Below are positions 32,752 to 47,613 of a DNA stretch of 62,000 nt, in pieces. The stretch is from Schmidtea polychroa (taxonomy: Eukaryota): assembly GCA_044892525.1 (NCBI GenBank), contig CM097885.1, positions 1,426,001 through 1,488,000 on the forward strand, written 5' to 3'. Every line of letters begins with the position of its first letter. The stretch's first letter is position 1. Both the position numbers and the translations under genes were made by a program. The notes below the pieces were generated by a model. The model did not search any database, was not told the origin of the DNA, and saw nothing but the letters and a program-made list of their open reading frames with translations.

Positions 32752-33399
32752 TATTAATTAACTCATTCTTCATTGAATCAGTAAAATTATCATAAATTTC
32801 GATAAAAATTCTAATGTGGTAAGCAATGTAAAAGACAATTATTCTTTAAACTTTGATAAAATTAACAATGAAGGTGGTAAGAATCTTCATTAAAGTGAGG
32901 AAATTATTCATAAGTAGTAGGATGTGGGCCATCCAGATCAGGAGCTCCCCGCGCCACATATACCCCCTCCCCCCCCCCCCCGGGAAAAAAAATTTTTTTT
33001 TTTAATTTTTTGTTTTAATTAATTGGCCTGGCGGGCTCACACTTTTTTTCATCCCAAAAATTAATGTTCCCACCAACGGATTTTATTGGACGATACCTCA
33101 TCTTAAAGCTCAGTCCAAGACCTTTCGATTGATCCATAGAAGGTATCATCATCATTAATATTGACAAAGTTATTAACAATTGATGACCACCATCTTTTCA
33201 ACGTTAAATTATTATTATTATTCAAAATATTATTAATTGGCCGGGCGGGGACATACTTTTTCTCATCCCAAAAATTAATGTTCCCATTATCCGAATTTAT
33301 TAATCGATAGCTTATTTTGAAGCGTAGTCTAAGACCTTTCAATTGAGCCATAGAAGGTATCATCATCATTAACATCGGCAAAGTTATTAAAGTTTTACC

Positions 33400-34032
33400 G
33401 AGACCATTTTTCAAGGTCATTTATTTTTCAAAATATTATTTTCAATATCAAGGTCAAGGTCATTTATTTTTTCAAGGTCATTTATTTTTTCAAGGTCATA
33501 TTTTAAAATTTAAATGTACAGAGTTCCCGACAACGATAATTATTCAACGATAGCTCATTTTAAAGCCCAATGCAAGACCTTTCGATTGATCCATAGAAGG
33601 TATCATCATCATTATTATTGACAAAGTTATTAACAATTGATGACCACCATCTTTTCAAAGTTAAATTATTATTATTTGTCAAAATATTATTAAGTGGCCG
33701 GGAGGGCCCCTACTTTTTTTCATCCCAAAAATTGATGTTCCCACCAACGGATTTTATTGGACGATACCTCATCTTAAAGCTCAGTCCAAGACCTTTCTAA
33801 TGAGATATAGATTTCTATCATACAATGACTCATCACATTTTTAGAACAAAGACAATGACTCATTCGTTGTCTCATCATATTTTTAGAACGATGACTCATC
33901 AAGGTCAAGGTCAAATTTTTAATAAAAGGTCAAGGTCATTTATTATTTTCAAGGTCATTTATTTTTTCAAGGTCATTTATTTTTTCAAGGTCATTTATTA
34001 TTATTTTTTTTTTTAAGTTTTTAGTTTCTAAG

Positions 34033-34102
<70 letters not shown>

Positions 34103-34700
34103 ATTATAATTATAATTATTATATACTCCTAGTCTATCCGACAAGATATTCTGTCCCCCTATGGGTATTGCTCACAAAGGTACTACTCACACTCAACAAG
34201 TAACATGGGTACTGTTCACAAAATTACTGGTAAAAATATTCAAGACAAAACTTTCTAAATTCTAAATATTATTCTTTAAATATACACTAAAATTTATTAA
34301 CACATTCACATTCATCATCTCCACAGTTCATAACATTTTCAACAACATGATCTATACAATCCCTATATACACACGGTTCAGTATCCGTAAATTCCTCCAT
34401 AGGTTCATCAATTGCTTTCCTCATCATCTTGAGTGTTTTCTTCATCTGCTTCATCAAGGTCATTTATTTTTTCAAGGTCATTCCAAAGGTCATTTATTTT
34501 TCAAGGTCATTTATTTTTTCAAGGTCGCGTGACTCATAAAGGTCTTTTTTTTTCAAGGTTATTTTTTAATTTAATTTTTTGTTTTAATTAAGTGATCATT
34601 AAATTTTTCAAGGTCATTTATTTTTTCAAAATATTATTTTTTCAAAATATTATTTTTTCAAGGTCATTTATTTTTCAAGGTCATTTATTATTATTATTAA
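33400..34700. promoter_or_regulatory. Array of (T)CAAGGTCA and TGACTCA motifs in the palindrome arm (mirror ~46620-47120)
   Basis: About 15 or more CAAGGTCA copies; TGACTCA at ~33826, 33856, 33892 and 34529. Confidence 0.5.
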
Positions 34701-34706
34701 TATTAA

Positions 34707-34762
<56 letters not shown>

Positions 34763-35276
34763 CTCTTAGTCTATCCGACAAGATATTTTGTCCCCCTAAG
34801 GGTATTGCTCACAAGGGCACTACTCACATGGGTAATTGTCACAAGGGTACTACTCACATTCAACATGTCGTAAATTATTTTCAAATACAAGTTCAAAGTA
34901 TTATTATTTATTTTAACACGCACGGGAGTTATTATTATTATTATCATATATAGTCAGAGTTTATCCGACAAGATATTCTGCCCCCCTATGTGTACTGCTT
35001 ACATAGGTAATGGTTACAAGGGTACTTCTCACATTCAACATGTCTCAAAGGGTATAATATAATTATTATTAAATTCCGACCAACTTAAATCAATGAAGGG
35101 GTAGAACAAAATATATTACGTTGCGGTATTTTAAAATTTAAATATATTTTAAAAACGTATTTTGATACTAAAGTTTACTTAATTAACAAAGACATAATTA
35201 TTGCACATGCTTTGCATAAATATTATTATTTTTTAAATTTTCAATATTTTCTTTTAAAGTATTAACACGCGCGGGA

Positions 35277-35279
<3 letters not shown>

Positions 35280-35351
<72 letters not shown>

Positions 35352-35862
35352 GTTAATGAAAAATCTAAAATATGGTTTACACACACAACCCATTAACCAT
35401 TATTATTATTATTATCAATATTAAAAACCTAAAATATTTTCTACACACACACACATGCACAACTCATTAACCATTATTATTATCATTATTAGTGAAAACC
35501 TAAAATATTTTTTACACACACACACAACCCATTAACCATTATTATTATTATTATCAATATTAAAAACCTAAAATATTTTTACACACACACATACAACTCA
35601 TTAAACTTATTATTATTATTATTATTATTGCAAATATTAGTCAAAAACCTAAAATATTATTTACACTCACACAACCCATTAACAATTATTATTATCAATA
35701 TTAAAAACCTAAAATATTTTTACACACACACACACAACCCATTAACCATTATTATTATTGCAAATATTAGTCAAAAACATAAAAACACTCATAAACCATT
35801 ATTATTATCAATATTAGTGAAAACCTCAAATATTTTTCACACACATATACAACCCATTAAAC

Positions 35863-35958
<96 letters not shown>

Positions 35959-36276
35959 GCAAATATTAGTCAAAAACATAAAAACACACACTCAACCAAT
36001 TAAATTTTATTATTATCAATATTATTATTATTGCAAATACTAGTCAAAAACTTAAATTTTTTTTTTTTTACACACACACAACCCATTAACAATTATTATT
36101 ATCAATATTAGTGAAAACCTAAAATATTTTTTACACACACACCACCCATTAAACTTTATTATTATTATTATTAGTGAAAAGCTAAAATATTTTTACACAC
36201 ACCCAACCCATTATCAATTATTATTGCAAATATTAGTGAAAAACCTAAAATATTATTTACACACAACCCATTAACA

Positions 36277-36327
<51 letters not shown>

Positions 36328-36360
36328 ATTAGTCAAAAACCTAAAATAATTTTTACACAC
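35280..36360. repeat. Composite (ATT)n/(CA)n tandem repeat, ~60-70-bp unit (mirror 45000-45840)
   Basis: AAAACCTAAAATATTTTTACACACAC..AACCCATTAAC units. Confidence 0.9.
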
Positions 36361-38056
36361 TAAGTTATGGGGTAGAGAATTATTATATGTTTGCAGTATT
36401 CTGTGTTTGCCTTCACGGGAAGTTGACAATAATTTTATACATACATTCCATATACACATACCTTGTTTAACATGGGTGTATATAGTCAGAGTTTATCCGA
36501 CAAAATATTCTGTCCCCCTATGGGTATTGCTCACAAAGGTACTACTCACACTCAACATGTCGCAAGGGTATATTAATTAGGGTTAGTAAATAAAACTTAT
36601 GACACACACTATTTAAACGATAAAAATCAAGACAAGAGAGGACAAGGCAAAGTTTATGCATTTATTATTGCCAGGCCTAATGAGCAGTGACCAAATATCT
36701 GTGCCTGAAAGACACGGTGGATATTTGTTCGCGTCCACAAGGGTCGTCTGTGCCTCCCCCAAGTGGGGTCAAAAGAACCTGGGCATTATAGCTTTCCGTA
36801 CGGAACATTACGCCTAGCATGGGTAGTCAACTACCAGCACATTCGAAACGTATAATTTCAAAATACATGCGTCATTGGCACTATAACCAAATTAATTAAT
36901 GTTTTCACTAACACAAATATATATTTACAGAGGCCTCCCACTAGTTGGATTACAACCGCCCACCACGACGATCAGCTTGTAAATATATATTAATTAAGGG
37001 ATAAAGAGGACCCACCCAACCCTATTATATTTAATTTACAAATTTTTCTCGCTCTTCTGTTGGTAATCTATCTCAAAATTAATCTCTCCATCAGGCCATT
37101 TGATAGTGATTTCATGGAATACATCTTGCAAATTGGACGTATTTCTTAGTTTCTGATGCGGCGTCCACTATCATTGCTAAAATTTATATTGATTTAAAAG
37201 CAATTAACTTACATTATCTAACATTTTATCGTCACAGGCTTGATAAATTAGGCAACTGTTATTTGTGGTATACTTTTTCAATGTCATTTCCCACCATAAA
37301 ACACAGATACCTAAATATAATATATATATATTTTAAAGAATTAATTCATGTCTTACATTAATAATAATATTCTTCAGGTAGTACTTTACAATATCTAATT
37401 GATAAAACATCGGTTTTTTCCCATTTTTCTTGACATTCGTTGAAAGTTTACATAATTTAAGTAAACATTCATGTTGAAGGACACCCCCGATCAGCTAATT
37501 CATTTAAGAAATCCCGAACATAGCAATGTTTCACCATTTTGTCTGGTTCATTTTCTTCTATAATTCATGTTTTAATAAGAAATCTCTAAATCCAGAACAT
37601 AAGTCATTTAGTGTTTCACCATTTTGTTCATCTTCTTCATAATCATATAATTCATTTTCTTCATTACTAAGTAAAATAATTAAAATATTTTAGTAAATTC
37701 TTTATTTACTTACTTTATGGATACTAAAACGAAAGAAATAACGTTATATCAGAATTATATTTAAATAATTTAAATTTAGTTATTTAAACATATTTAAACA
37801 CTTTAGTTATTTAAGCATATTTAAACATTAATATTATTATATAGTATAATTTTATATAATTTTATATAATATTATAATATTATAATATTATAATATAATG
37901 TACACTTATATATCCTTAATTTAATTTTTTAAATTCAAAAATTTATAATGAAGATTCTTTGAATTAAAAAATATTCTGTTAGTATTTCCAGGCAGAAAAC
38001 AACGAATTCAATAATTAAAATCTTAATTTTCATGTTGTTAGGGTTGTGGCCAGAAG

Positions 38057-38359
38057 TTAATCGCCATCTAATCGTTTGTTCTCAATTTTGTTCATTTTGT
38101 TCAAAACATTCAGGTGAGTTGTTATCTGGAAAGTTTCTTTTAGCTCAGCTTTCTTAAAACACTCACGGTATTTTTGAGGGACGTGACACTGGGAATAAAT
38201 TAACAATGGGTGGTCATCCATACATGTTGTTGGTTTGAACTGTTGATTTATTTTAGAAATATGTATATTAAAAACATTTAAGGTATCATTCAGTAAAATA
38301 ATATAGTATTTTTGAGTATTTTTAGTTAATTTATAAATAACAGTATTTTGATATATCAA
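38057..38359 (-). CDS. Hypothetical 100-aa ORF, duplicated at 42982..43284(+)
   Basis: Identical in both arms; TTG start; no recognisable motif. Confidence 0.2.
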   Translation of the reverse strand: MIYQNTVIYKLTKNTQKYYIILLNDTLNVFNIHISKINQQFKPTTCMDDHPLLIYSQCHVPQKYRECFKKAELKETFQITTHLNVLNKMNKIENKRLDGD

Positions 38360-41300
38360 TAAAGACCATATACTCCTAGTTTATCCGACAAGATATTCTG
38401 TCCCCCTATGTGTATTGCTAGCAAGGGTACTGGTCACATTCAACTATTCGCGAGGGTATATTAATTAAGGCATATGTATATTAGTTAAAAGTTCTTAGAT
38501 AATTTAGTGAGATATGCATAATCATTAATAACAACATATATTCATTGATAATTTTGGTAGAAAGTCTTTATCATTTGGAGTAAATTTGTTTGAGGCAAAA
38601 ATAATTAAAGGAGACATAATAGAAATATGGTTATCATTTATCCAATTAAGGGGCCTATTATTTAGAAATATATATTATAAAGTAACAATTATTTTCTAAT
38701 TTAATTAGATGATCATTAGACGTAATATATCTTTGCGAGAAATTTAAGATGTTTGAGTAACCAAAACATGGACATTTTGTGCGATAAATTTATGAATATT
38801 GCTTAATTTTGTTATTTTTAGTCATTTAAAATAATATTTAGCAAAGGTAATTTAGCAAAATATCATTTATCCACCCGATAACAATATTCCTTCAATAGAT
38901 TAACTGATATTCAACCTATTTAATTTCTGGAAATATAATTAAAATCATAAATTTCCTTCATGAAAGTTAAATTTTCTTTAGTTGTCGATGTCTTACTCTT
39001 TTAAGTCAATATTTTTGTTACCGTTATCTTCATAATGAATGTCCGTCTTTAAAATGTTAAATAAAATAATTTAAAGCAATAACCTTTGATATCAATTATC
39101 TCTAAATATTTCAAATATTGCATTGTCAAAACCAAGTAAATTAGTCATTACCCATTAATAAAACCGTGGATAATTAATAAAAACTGGTTCTGAAACATAA
39201 ATTACTGTGCAATAACATTCATCACAACCTCTAAAACGATATAATTTCACAGGAACTATTCATAGCTGACTATTTCCCTTGAAAATTTGATATTTTACCA
39301 ATAAGAATATATAAATATTCAAAACATTAACCGATCCCTCACCAAATATCTTTACCCCTTAAAACACCTTAAATCGTATATATTACCATCTTAACCTTCA
39401 CTAAATCCAACCGAATATAATTTCATCCACTTGTGCCCTTTAATAAATCTTAAAATCTATAGAAAATTCTTCAAAATATGAATTTTATTTAATTGTCACA
39501 GACATTCTTCCATTGAAATAATTTAGTAGCTAAATTCAAAGAGTCCACTAAAAGATCAAAATTCATTAAAATAAATATTTAACCACATGTGTCATCAAAT
39601 ACCTAACTAGAGATGATAATATCTCATTGATTGATCATAATTATAACCATTATAACATGATATATCTTTCAAACTAAATTTAGGTATATTTTACAATAAT
39701 TTTCAAGTAGATTTTAAATATATCATCATCGTGAAAAAATTAGATTGTTTCAACTTTAGATTTTCAATATTTTAAAGTTCATCAATGTGTAAATATTCTT
39801 AGAAAAATATATGAAAAAATTATTTAGTCAAATTATCATTACAAAGTCATCATCATCATCAAAATTAATAAAATATAGCAAATTATCAAGAAATTAATTA
39901 AATTTATCTTAGAATTAACACTAAACCTTAAATATTCTTTCAATTAACATGAAATTCACAAATAAATGTTAGTAAAATCCCGCTAACTCTAAAAAATTAC
40001 CAATGAATTTAATGCCAAATAATAACCAAATATTTGCCTAAATAAAATCATTAAAACACACCAGTACCTTTACGACCAGTACCCTTACGACCAGTACCCT
40101 TACGACCAATACCCTTACAAGCAGTACCCATAGAGGGAGAAAATATTTTGTCGGATAAACTCCGAGTATATATATAATAAAACGAATTAACAATAACTCC
40201 ATCAAATTGAATCAGTCAAATTATCACAAATTTTAATAAAAAATCTTATTCTAAAGTGGTAAGCAGCGTAAAATCGAAAGATAATTTTAATAACACAGAG
40301 ATAAAATTAACAATATTATTCTCAGGTGGTAAGAATATTTTATTTTTGAGTCTGTTATCCCTCTATTATCATTGCTTACTTGATGTTTTCATAAATTTAA
40401 GTAAAGTTAATGCTGAGTATGTGTTCTGACACACTTTGTTTCTTTCTTAACTTTGAGAGATTATTTTGATTAAAAAGAGTAATGTATCTTAAATTATCTT
40501 TTAGAATAACTGTTTTTGAAATATTTAATGTAAAATAGTAAATCTCATAATTAGTAATTCAATATTAAAGGAGTTAATCAAAATTTAAAATATAAAGTTA
40601 TCATAATTGCTTAGTCAAATACCATTTGTTATGTATGTTTGTCATTTTTGGATTAAATACTTTATCAAAATAATTGTTTATCACATTATTATCATTCGTT
40701 AGTCACTCATATATTAGAAATAATTTATAAATACTCATCACTTATAGCCCCCCATTTTCCACTAATCCTCCCAACAACTATTTCTTTGAACATTGAATTA
40801 AATATTTTTTTTTTATTAAAGTGATCATTTTTATAAATTTTTATAAATTTCATGAAATAATTTTAAATAAATGCAATTAATATATTTCCATCTTATCTAT
40901 GACACTTCTCGGTATATTTACATTTACGTTCCATTAATGAATAATTCAAACCCTTATTTTCACCTTTTTGAATTTCATTATTAATTAATCATAGAATAAT
41001 GATGATTCTTACCACCTGAGAATAATATTGTTAATTTTATCTCTGTGTTATTAAAATTATCTTTCGATTTTACGCTGCTTACCACTTTAGAATAAGATTT
41101 TTTATTAAAATTTGTGATAATTTGACTGATTCAATTTGATGGAGTTATTGTTAATTCGTTTTATTATATATATACTCGGAGTTTATCCGACAAAATATTT
41201 TCTCCCTCTATGGGTACTGCTTGTAAGGGTATTGGTCGTAAGGGTACTGGTCGTAAGGGTACTGGTCGTAAAGGTACTGGTGTGTTTTAATGATTTTATT

Positions 41301-44300
41301 TAGGCAAATATTTGGTTATTATTTGGCATTAAATTCATTGGTAATTTTTTAGAGTTAGCGGGATTTTACTAACATTTATTTGTGAATTTCATGTTAATTG
41401 AAAGAATATTTAAGGTTTAGTGTTAATTCTAAGATAAATTTAATTAATTTCTTGATAATTTGCTATATTTTATTAATTTTGATGATGATGATGACTTTGT
41501 AATGATAATTTGACTAAATAATTTTTTCATATATTTTTCTAAGAATATTTACACATTGATGAACTTTAAAATATTGAAAATCTAAAGTTGAAACAATCTA
41601 ATTTTTTCACGATGATGATATATTTAAAATCTACTTGAAAATTATTGTAAAATATACCTAAATTTAGTTTGAAAGATATATCATGTTATAATGGTTATAA
41701 TTATGATCAATCAATGAGATATTATCATCTCTAGTTAGGTATTTGATGACACATGTGGTTAAATATTTATTTTAATGAATTTTGATCTTTTAGTGGACTC
41801 TTTGAATTTAGCTACTAAATTATTTCAATGGAAGAATGTCTGTGACAATTAAATAAAATTCATATTTTGAAGAATTTTCTATAGATTTTAAGATTTATTA
41901 AAGGGCACAAGTGGATGAAATTATATTCGGTTGGATTTAGTGAAGGTTAAGATGGTAATATATACGATTTAAGGTGTTTTAAGGGGTAAAGATATTTGGT
42001 GAGGGATCGGTTAATGTTTTGAATATTTATATATTCTTATTGGTAAAATATCAAATTTTCAAGGGAAATAGTCAGCTATGAATAGTTCCTGTGAAATTAT
42101 ATCGTTTTAGAGGTTGTGATGAATGTTATTGCACAGTAATTTATGTTTCAGAACCAGTTTTTATTAATTATCCACGGTTTTATTAATGGGTAATGACTAA
42201 TTTACTTGGTTTTGACAATGCAATATTTGAAATATTTAGAGATAATTGATATCAAAGGTTATTGCTTTAAATTATTTTATTTAACATTTTAAAGACGGAC
42301 ATTCATTATGAAGATAACGGTAACAAAAATATTGACTTAAAAGAGTAAGACATCGACAACTAAAGAAAATTTAACTTTCATGAAGGAAATTTATGATTTT
42401 AATTATATTTCCAGAAATTAAATAGGTTGAATATCAGTTAATCTATTGAAGGAATATTGTTATCGGGTGGATAAATGATATTTTGCTAAATTACCTTTGC
42501 TAAATATTATTTTAAATGACTAAAAATAACAAAATTAAGCAATATTCATAAATTTATCGCACAAAATGTCCATGTTTTGGTTACTCAAACATCTTAAATT
42601 TCTCGCAAAGATATATTACGTCTAATGATCATCTAATTAAATTAGAAAATAATTGTTACTTTATAATATATATTTCTAAATAATAGGCCCCTTAATTGGA
42701 TAAATGATAACCATATTTCTATTATGTCTCCTTTAATTATTTTTGCCTCAAACAAATTTACTCCAAATGATAAAGACTTTCTACCAAAATTATCAATGAA
42801 TATATGTTGTTATTAATGATTATGCATATCTCACTAAATTATCTAAGAACTTTTAACTAATATACATATGCCTTAATTAATATACCCTCGCGAATAGTTG
42901 AATGTGACCAGTACCCTTGCTAGCAATACACATAGGGGGACAGAATATCTTGTCGGATAAACTAGGAGTATATGGTCTTTATTGATATATCAAAATACTG
43001 TTATTTATAAATTAACTAAAAATACTCAAAAATACTATATTATTTTACTGAATGATACCTTAAATGTTTTTAATATACATATTTCTAAAATAAATCAACA
43101 GTTCAAACCAACAACATGTATGGATGACCACCCATTGTTAATTTATTCCCAGTGTCACGTCCCTCAAAAATACCGTGAGTGTTTTAAGAAAGCTGAGCTA
43201 AAAGAAACTTTCCAGATAACAACTCACCTGAATGTTTTGAACAAAATGAACAAAATTGAGAACAAACGATTAGATGGCGATTAACTTCTGGCCACAACCC
43301 TAACAACATGAAAATTAAGATTTTAATTATTGAATTCGTTGTTTTCTGCCTGGAAATACTAACAGAATATTTTTTAATTCAAAGAATCTTCATTATAAAT
43401 TTTTGAATTTAAAAAATTAAATTAAGGATATATAAGTGTACATAATATTATAATATTATAATATTATAATATTATATAAAATTATATAAAATTATACTAT
43501 ATAATAATATTAATGTTTAAATATGCTTAAATAACTAAAGTGTTTAAATATGTTTAAATAACTAAATTTAAATTATTTAAATATAATTCTGATATAACGT
43601 TATTTCTTTCGTTTTAGTATCCATAAAGTAAGTAAATAAAGAATTTACTAAAATATTTTAATTATTTTACTTAGTAATGAAGAAAATGAATTATATGATT
43701 ATGAAGAAGATGAACAAAATGGTGAAACACTAAATGACTTATGTTCTGGATTTAGAGATTTCTTATTAAAACATGAATTATAGAAGAAAATGAACCAGAC
43801 AAAATGGTGAAACATTGCTATGTTCGGGATTTCTTAAATGAATTAGCTGATTGGGGGTGTCCTTCAACATGAATGTTTACTTAAATTATGTAAACTTTCA
43901 ACGAATGTCAAGAAAAATGGGAAAAAACCGATGTTTTATCAATTAGATATTGTAAAGTACTACCTGAAGAATATTATTATTAATGTAAGACATGAATTAA
44001 TTCTTTAAAATATATATATATTATATTTAGGTATCTGTGTTTTATGGTGGGAAATGACATTGAAAAAGTATACCACAAATAACAGTTGCCTAATTTATCA
44101 AGCCTGTGACGATAAAATGTTAGATAATGTAAGTTAATTGCTTTTAAATCAATATAAATTTTAGCAATGATAGTGGACGCCGCATCAGAAACTAAGAAAT
44201 ACGTCCAATTTGCAAGATGTATTCCATGAAATCACTATCAAATGGCCTGATGGAGAGATTAATTTTGAGATAGATTACCAACAGAAGAGCGAGAAAAATT

Positions 44301-45034
44301 TGTAAATTAAATATAATAGGGTTGGGTGGGTCCTCTTTATCCCTTAATTAATATATATTTACAAGCTGATCGTCGTGGTGGGCGGTTGTAATCCAACTAG
44401 TGGGAGGCCTCTGTAAATATATATTTGTGTTAGTGAAAACATTAATTAATTTGGTTATAGTGCCAATGACGCATGTATTTTGAAATTATACGTTTCGAAT
44501 GTGCTGGTAGTTGACTACCCATGTTAGGCGTAATGTTCCGTACGGAAAACTATAATGCCCAGGTTCTTTTGACCCCACTTGGGGAAGGCACAGACGACCC
44601 TTGTGGACGCGAACAAATATCCACCGTGTCTTTCAGGCACAGATATTTGGTCACTGCTCATTAGGCCTGGCAATAATAAATGCATAAACTTTGCCTTGTC
44701 CTCTCTTGTCTTGATTTTTATCGTTTAAATAGTGTGTGTGATAGGTTTTATTTACTAACCATAATTAATATACCCTTGCGATATGTTGAGTGTGAGTAGT
44801 ACCTTTGTGAGCAATACCCATAGGGGGACAGAATATTTTGTCGGATAGACTAGGAGTATATACACCCATGTTAAACAAGGTATGTGTATATAGAATGTGT
44901 GTGTAAAATTATCGCTCCTTATTGACAACTTCCTGTAAAGGCAAACACAGAATACTGCAAACATAATAATACTCTACCCCATAACTTAGTATGTAAAAAT
45001 TATTTAAGGTTTTTTCACTAATAATAATAATAAT

Positions 45035-45085
<51 letters not shown>

Positions 45086-45793
45086 GTTTAATGGGTTGTG
45101 TGAGTGTAAATAATATTCTAGGTTTTCACGAATAATGATAATAATAATGGTTTATGAGTGTTTTTATGTTTTTGACTAATATTTGCAATAATAATAATGG
45201 TTAATGAGTTGTGCATGTGTGTGTGTGTAGAAATATTTTAGGTTTTTAATATTGATAATAATAATTGTTAATGGGTTGTGTGTGTGTGTGTAAAAAAATA
45301 TTTTATGTTTTCACTAATAATGATAATAATAATAAGTTTAATGAGTTGTATGTGTGTGTGTGTAAAAATATTTTAGGTTTTTAATATTGATAATAATAAT
45401 TGTTAGTGGGTTGTGTGTGTGTGTGTAAAAAATATTTTAGGTTTTCACTAATAATGATAATAATAATGGTTAATGAGTTGTGCATGTGTAAATAATATTT
45501 TAGGTTTTTGACTAATATTGATAATAATAATTGTTAATGGGTTGTGTGAGTGTAAATAATATTTTAGGTTTTTGACTAATATTTGCAATATAAATAATAA
45601 TAATAATAAGTTTAATGAGTTGTATGTGTGTGTGTAAAAATATTTTAGGTTTTTAATATTGATAATAATAATAATGGTTAATGGGTTGTGTGTGTGTGTG
45701 TGTGTAGAAAATATTTTAGGTTTTTAATACTGATAATAATAATAATGGTTGAGGGGTTGTGTGTGTAAACCATATTTTAGATTTTTCATTAAC

Positions 45794-45835
<42 letters not shown>

Positions 45836-46199
45836 TCCCGCGCGTGTTAATACTTTAAAAGAAAATATTGAAAATTTAAAAAATAATAATATTTATGCAA
45901 AGCATGTGCAATAATTATGTCTTTGTTAATTAAGTAAACTTTAGTGTCAAAATAAGTTTTTAAAATATTTTTAAATTTTAAAATACCGCAACTTAATATA
46001 TTTTTGTTCTACCCCTTCATTGATTTAAGTTGGTCAGAATTTAATAATAATTATATTATACCCTTTGAGACATGTTGAATGTGAGTAGTACACCTTGCTA
46101 CCATTACCCATATGAGCAATACCCATAAAGGGATAGAATATTTTGTCGGATAGATTAAGAGTATATATGATAATAATATTCCCGGTGCGCGTAATAATA

Positions 46200-46269
<70 letters not shown>

Positions 46270-46489
46270 TTACTTTGAAATGTATGTTGTAGTGAGCACA
46301 CCACTAATTATATGAGTTGAGCGTATATTTAAAGAATAATATTTAGAATTTAGAAAGTTTTACCTTGAATATTTTTACCAGTACCTTTGTGAACAATAAC
46401 CATGTGACTTGTTGAGTGTGAGTAGTACCCTTGCTAGCAATACCCATAGGGAGACAGAATATCTTGTCGGATAGACTAGGAGTATATAT

Positions 46490-46558
<69 letters not shown>

Positions 46559-47613
46559 TAAAATAATAATAATAATAATAAAACTTAGAAACTAAAAACT
46601 TAGAAAATAATAATTATTTTAATAAATGACCTTGAAAAATTAAATGACCTTGAAAAGTAAATGACCTTGAAAATTAAATGACCTTGAAAATTAAATGACC
46701 TTGAAAATTAAATGACCTTGAAAATAAAAAGATTACTTAATTAAAACAAAAAATTAAATTAAAAAAAATGACCTTGACCTTGATGAGTCATATGACCTTG
46801 GGAATGACCTTGATGAGTCATCGTTCTAAAAATATTAGACATCGTTGGGTGAGTCATTGGGTGAGTCATTCTCTTTGTTAATATTAATGATGATGATACC
46901 TTCTATGGCTCATTCGAAAGGTCTTGGACTGATCTTTAAGATGAGGTATCGTCCAATAAATTCGGATAATGGGAACATTAATTTTTGGGATGAAAAAAAA
47001 GTAGGGGCCATCCCGGCCACATAATTATAAAAAAAAAAAATGACCTTGAAAATAATAAATGACCTTGACCTTTTATTAAAAATTTGACCTTGACCTTGAA
47101 AATAATAAATGACCTTGAAAAATGGTCTCGGTAAAACTTTAATAACTTTGCCGATGTTAATGATGATGATACCTTCTATGGCTCAATTGAAAGGTCTTGC
47201 ATTGGGCTTTAAGATGAGCTATCGTCCAAGAAAATCCGTTGGCGGGAACATTAATTTTTGGGACGAAAAAAAGTGTGAGCCCTCCCGGCCAATTAATAAT
47301 ATTTTGGAAAATAATAATAATTTAACGTTGAAAAGATGGTGGTCATCAATTGTTAATAACTTTGCCGATGTTAATGATGATGATACCTTCTATGGATCAA
47401 TCGAAAGGTCTTGGAATGAGCTTTAAGATGAGGTATCGTCCAATAAAATCCGTTGGTGGGAACATTAATTTTTGGGATGAAAAAAAGTGTGAGCCCGCCA
47501 GGCCAATTAATTAAAACAAAAAATTAAAAAAAAAAAATTTTTTTTCCCGGGGGGGGGAGGGGGTATATGTGGCGCGGGGAGCTCCTGATCTGGATGGCCC
47601 ACATCCTACTACT

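Larger units (their letters stand above)
32913..47613. mobile_element. 14.7-kb non-coding palindromic element with Polinton-type AGTAGT termini
   Basis: Starts AGTAGTAGGATGTGGGCCATCCAGATCAGGAGC and ends with its exact reverse complement. Arms 32913-40336 and 41005-47613, spacer 40337-41004. No TSD. Confidence 0.8.

Noticed and set aside
15585..36459. Poly-Ile/Leu/Tyr/Asn ORFs (15585, 16982, 34592, 35198, 35628, 36271)
   Set aside because: They are translations of (ATT)n microsatellites.
32913..47613. Palindrome as a pure fold-back assembly artefact
   Set aside because: The arms differ by SNPs and repeat counts and there is a unique spacer; not fully excluded for the near-identical inner part without reads.
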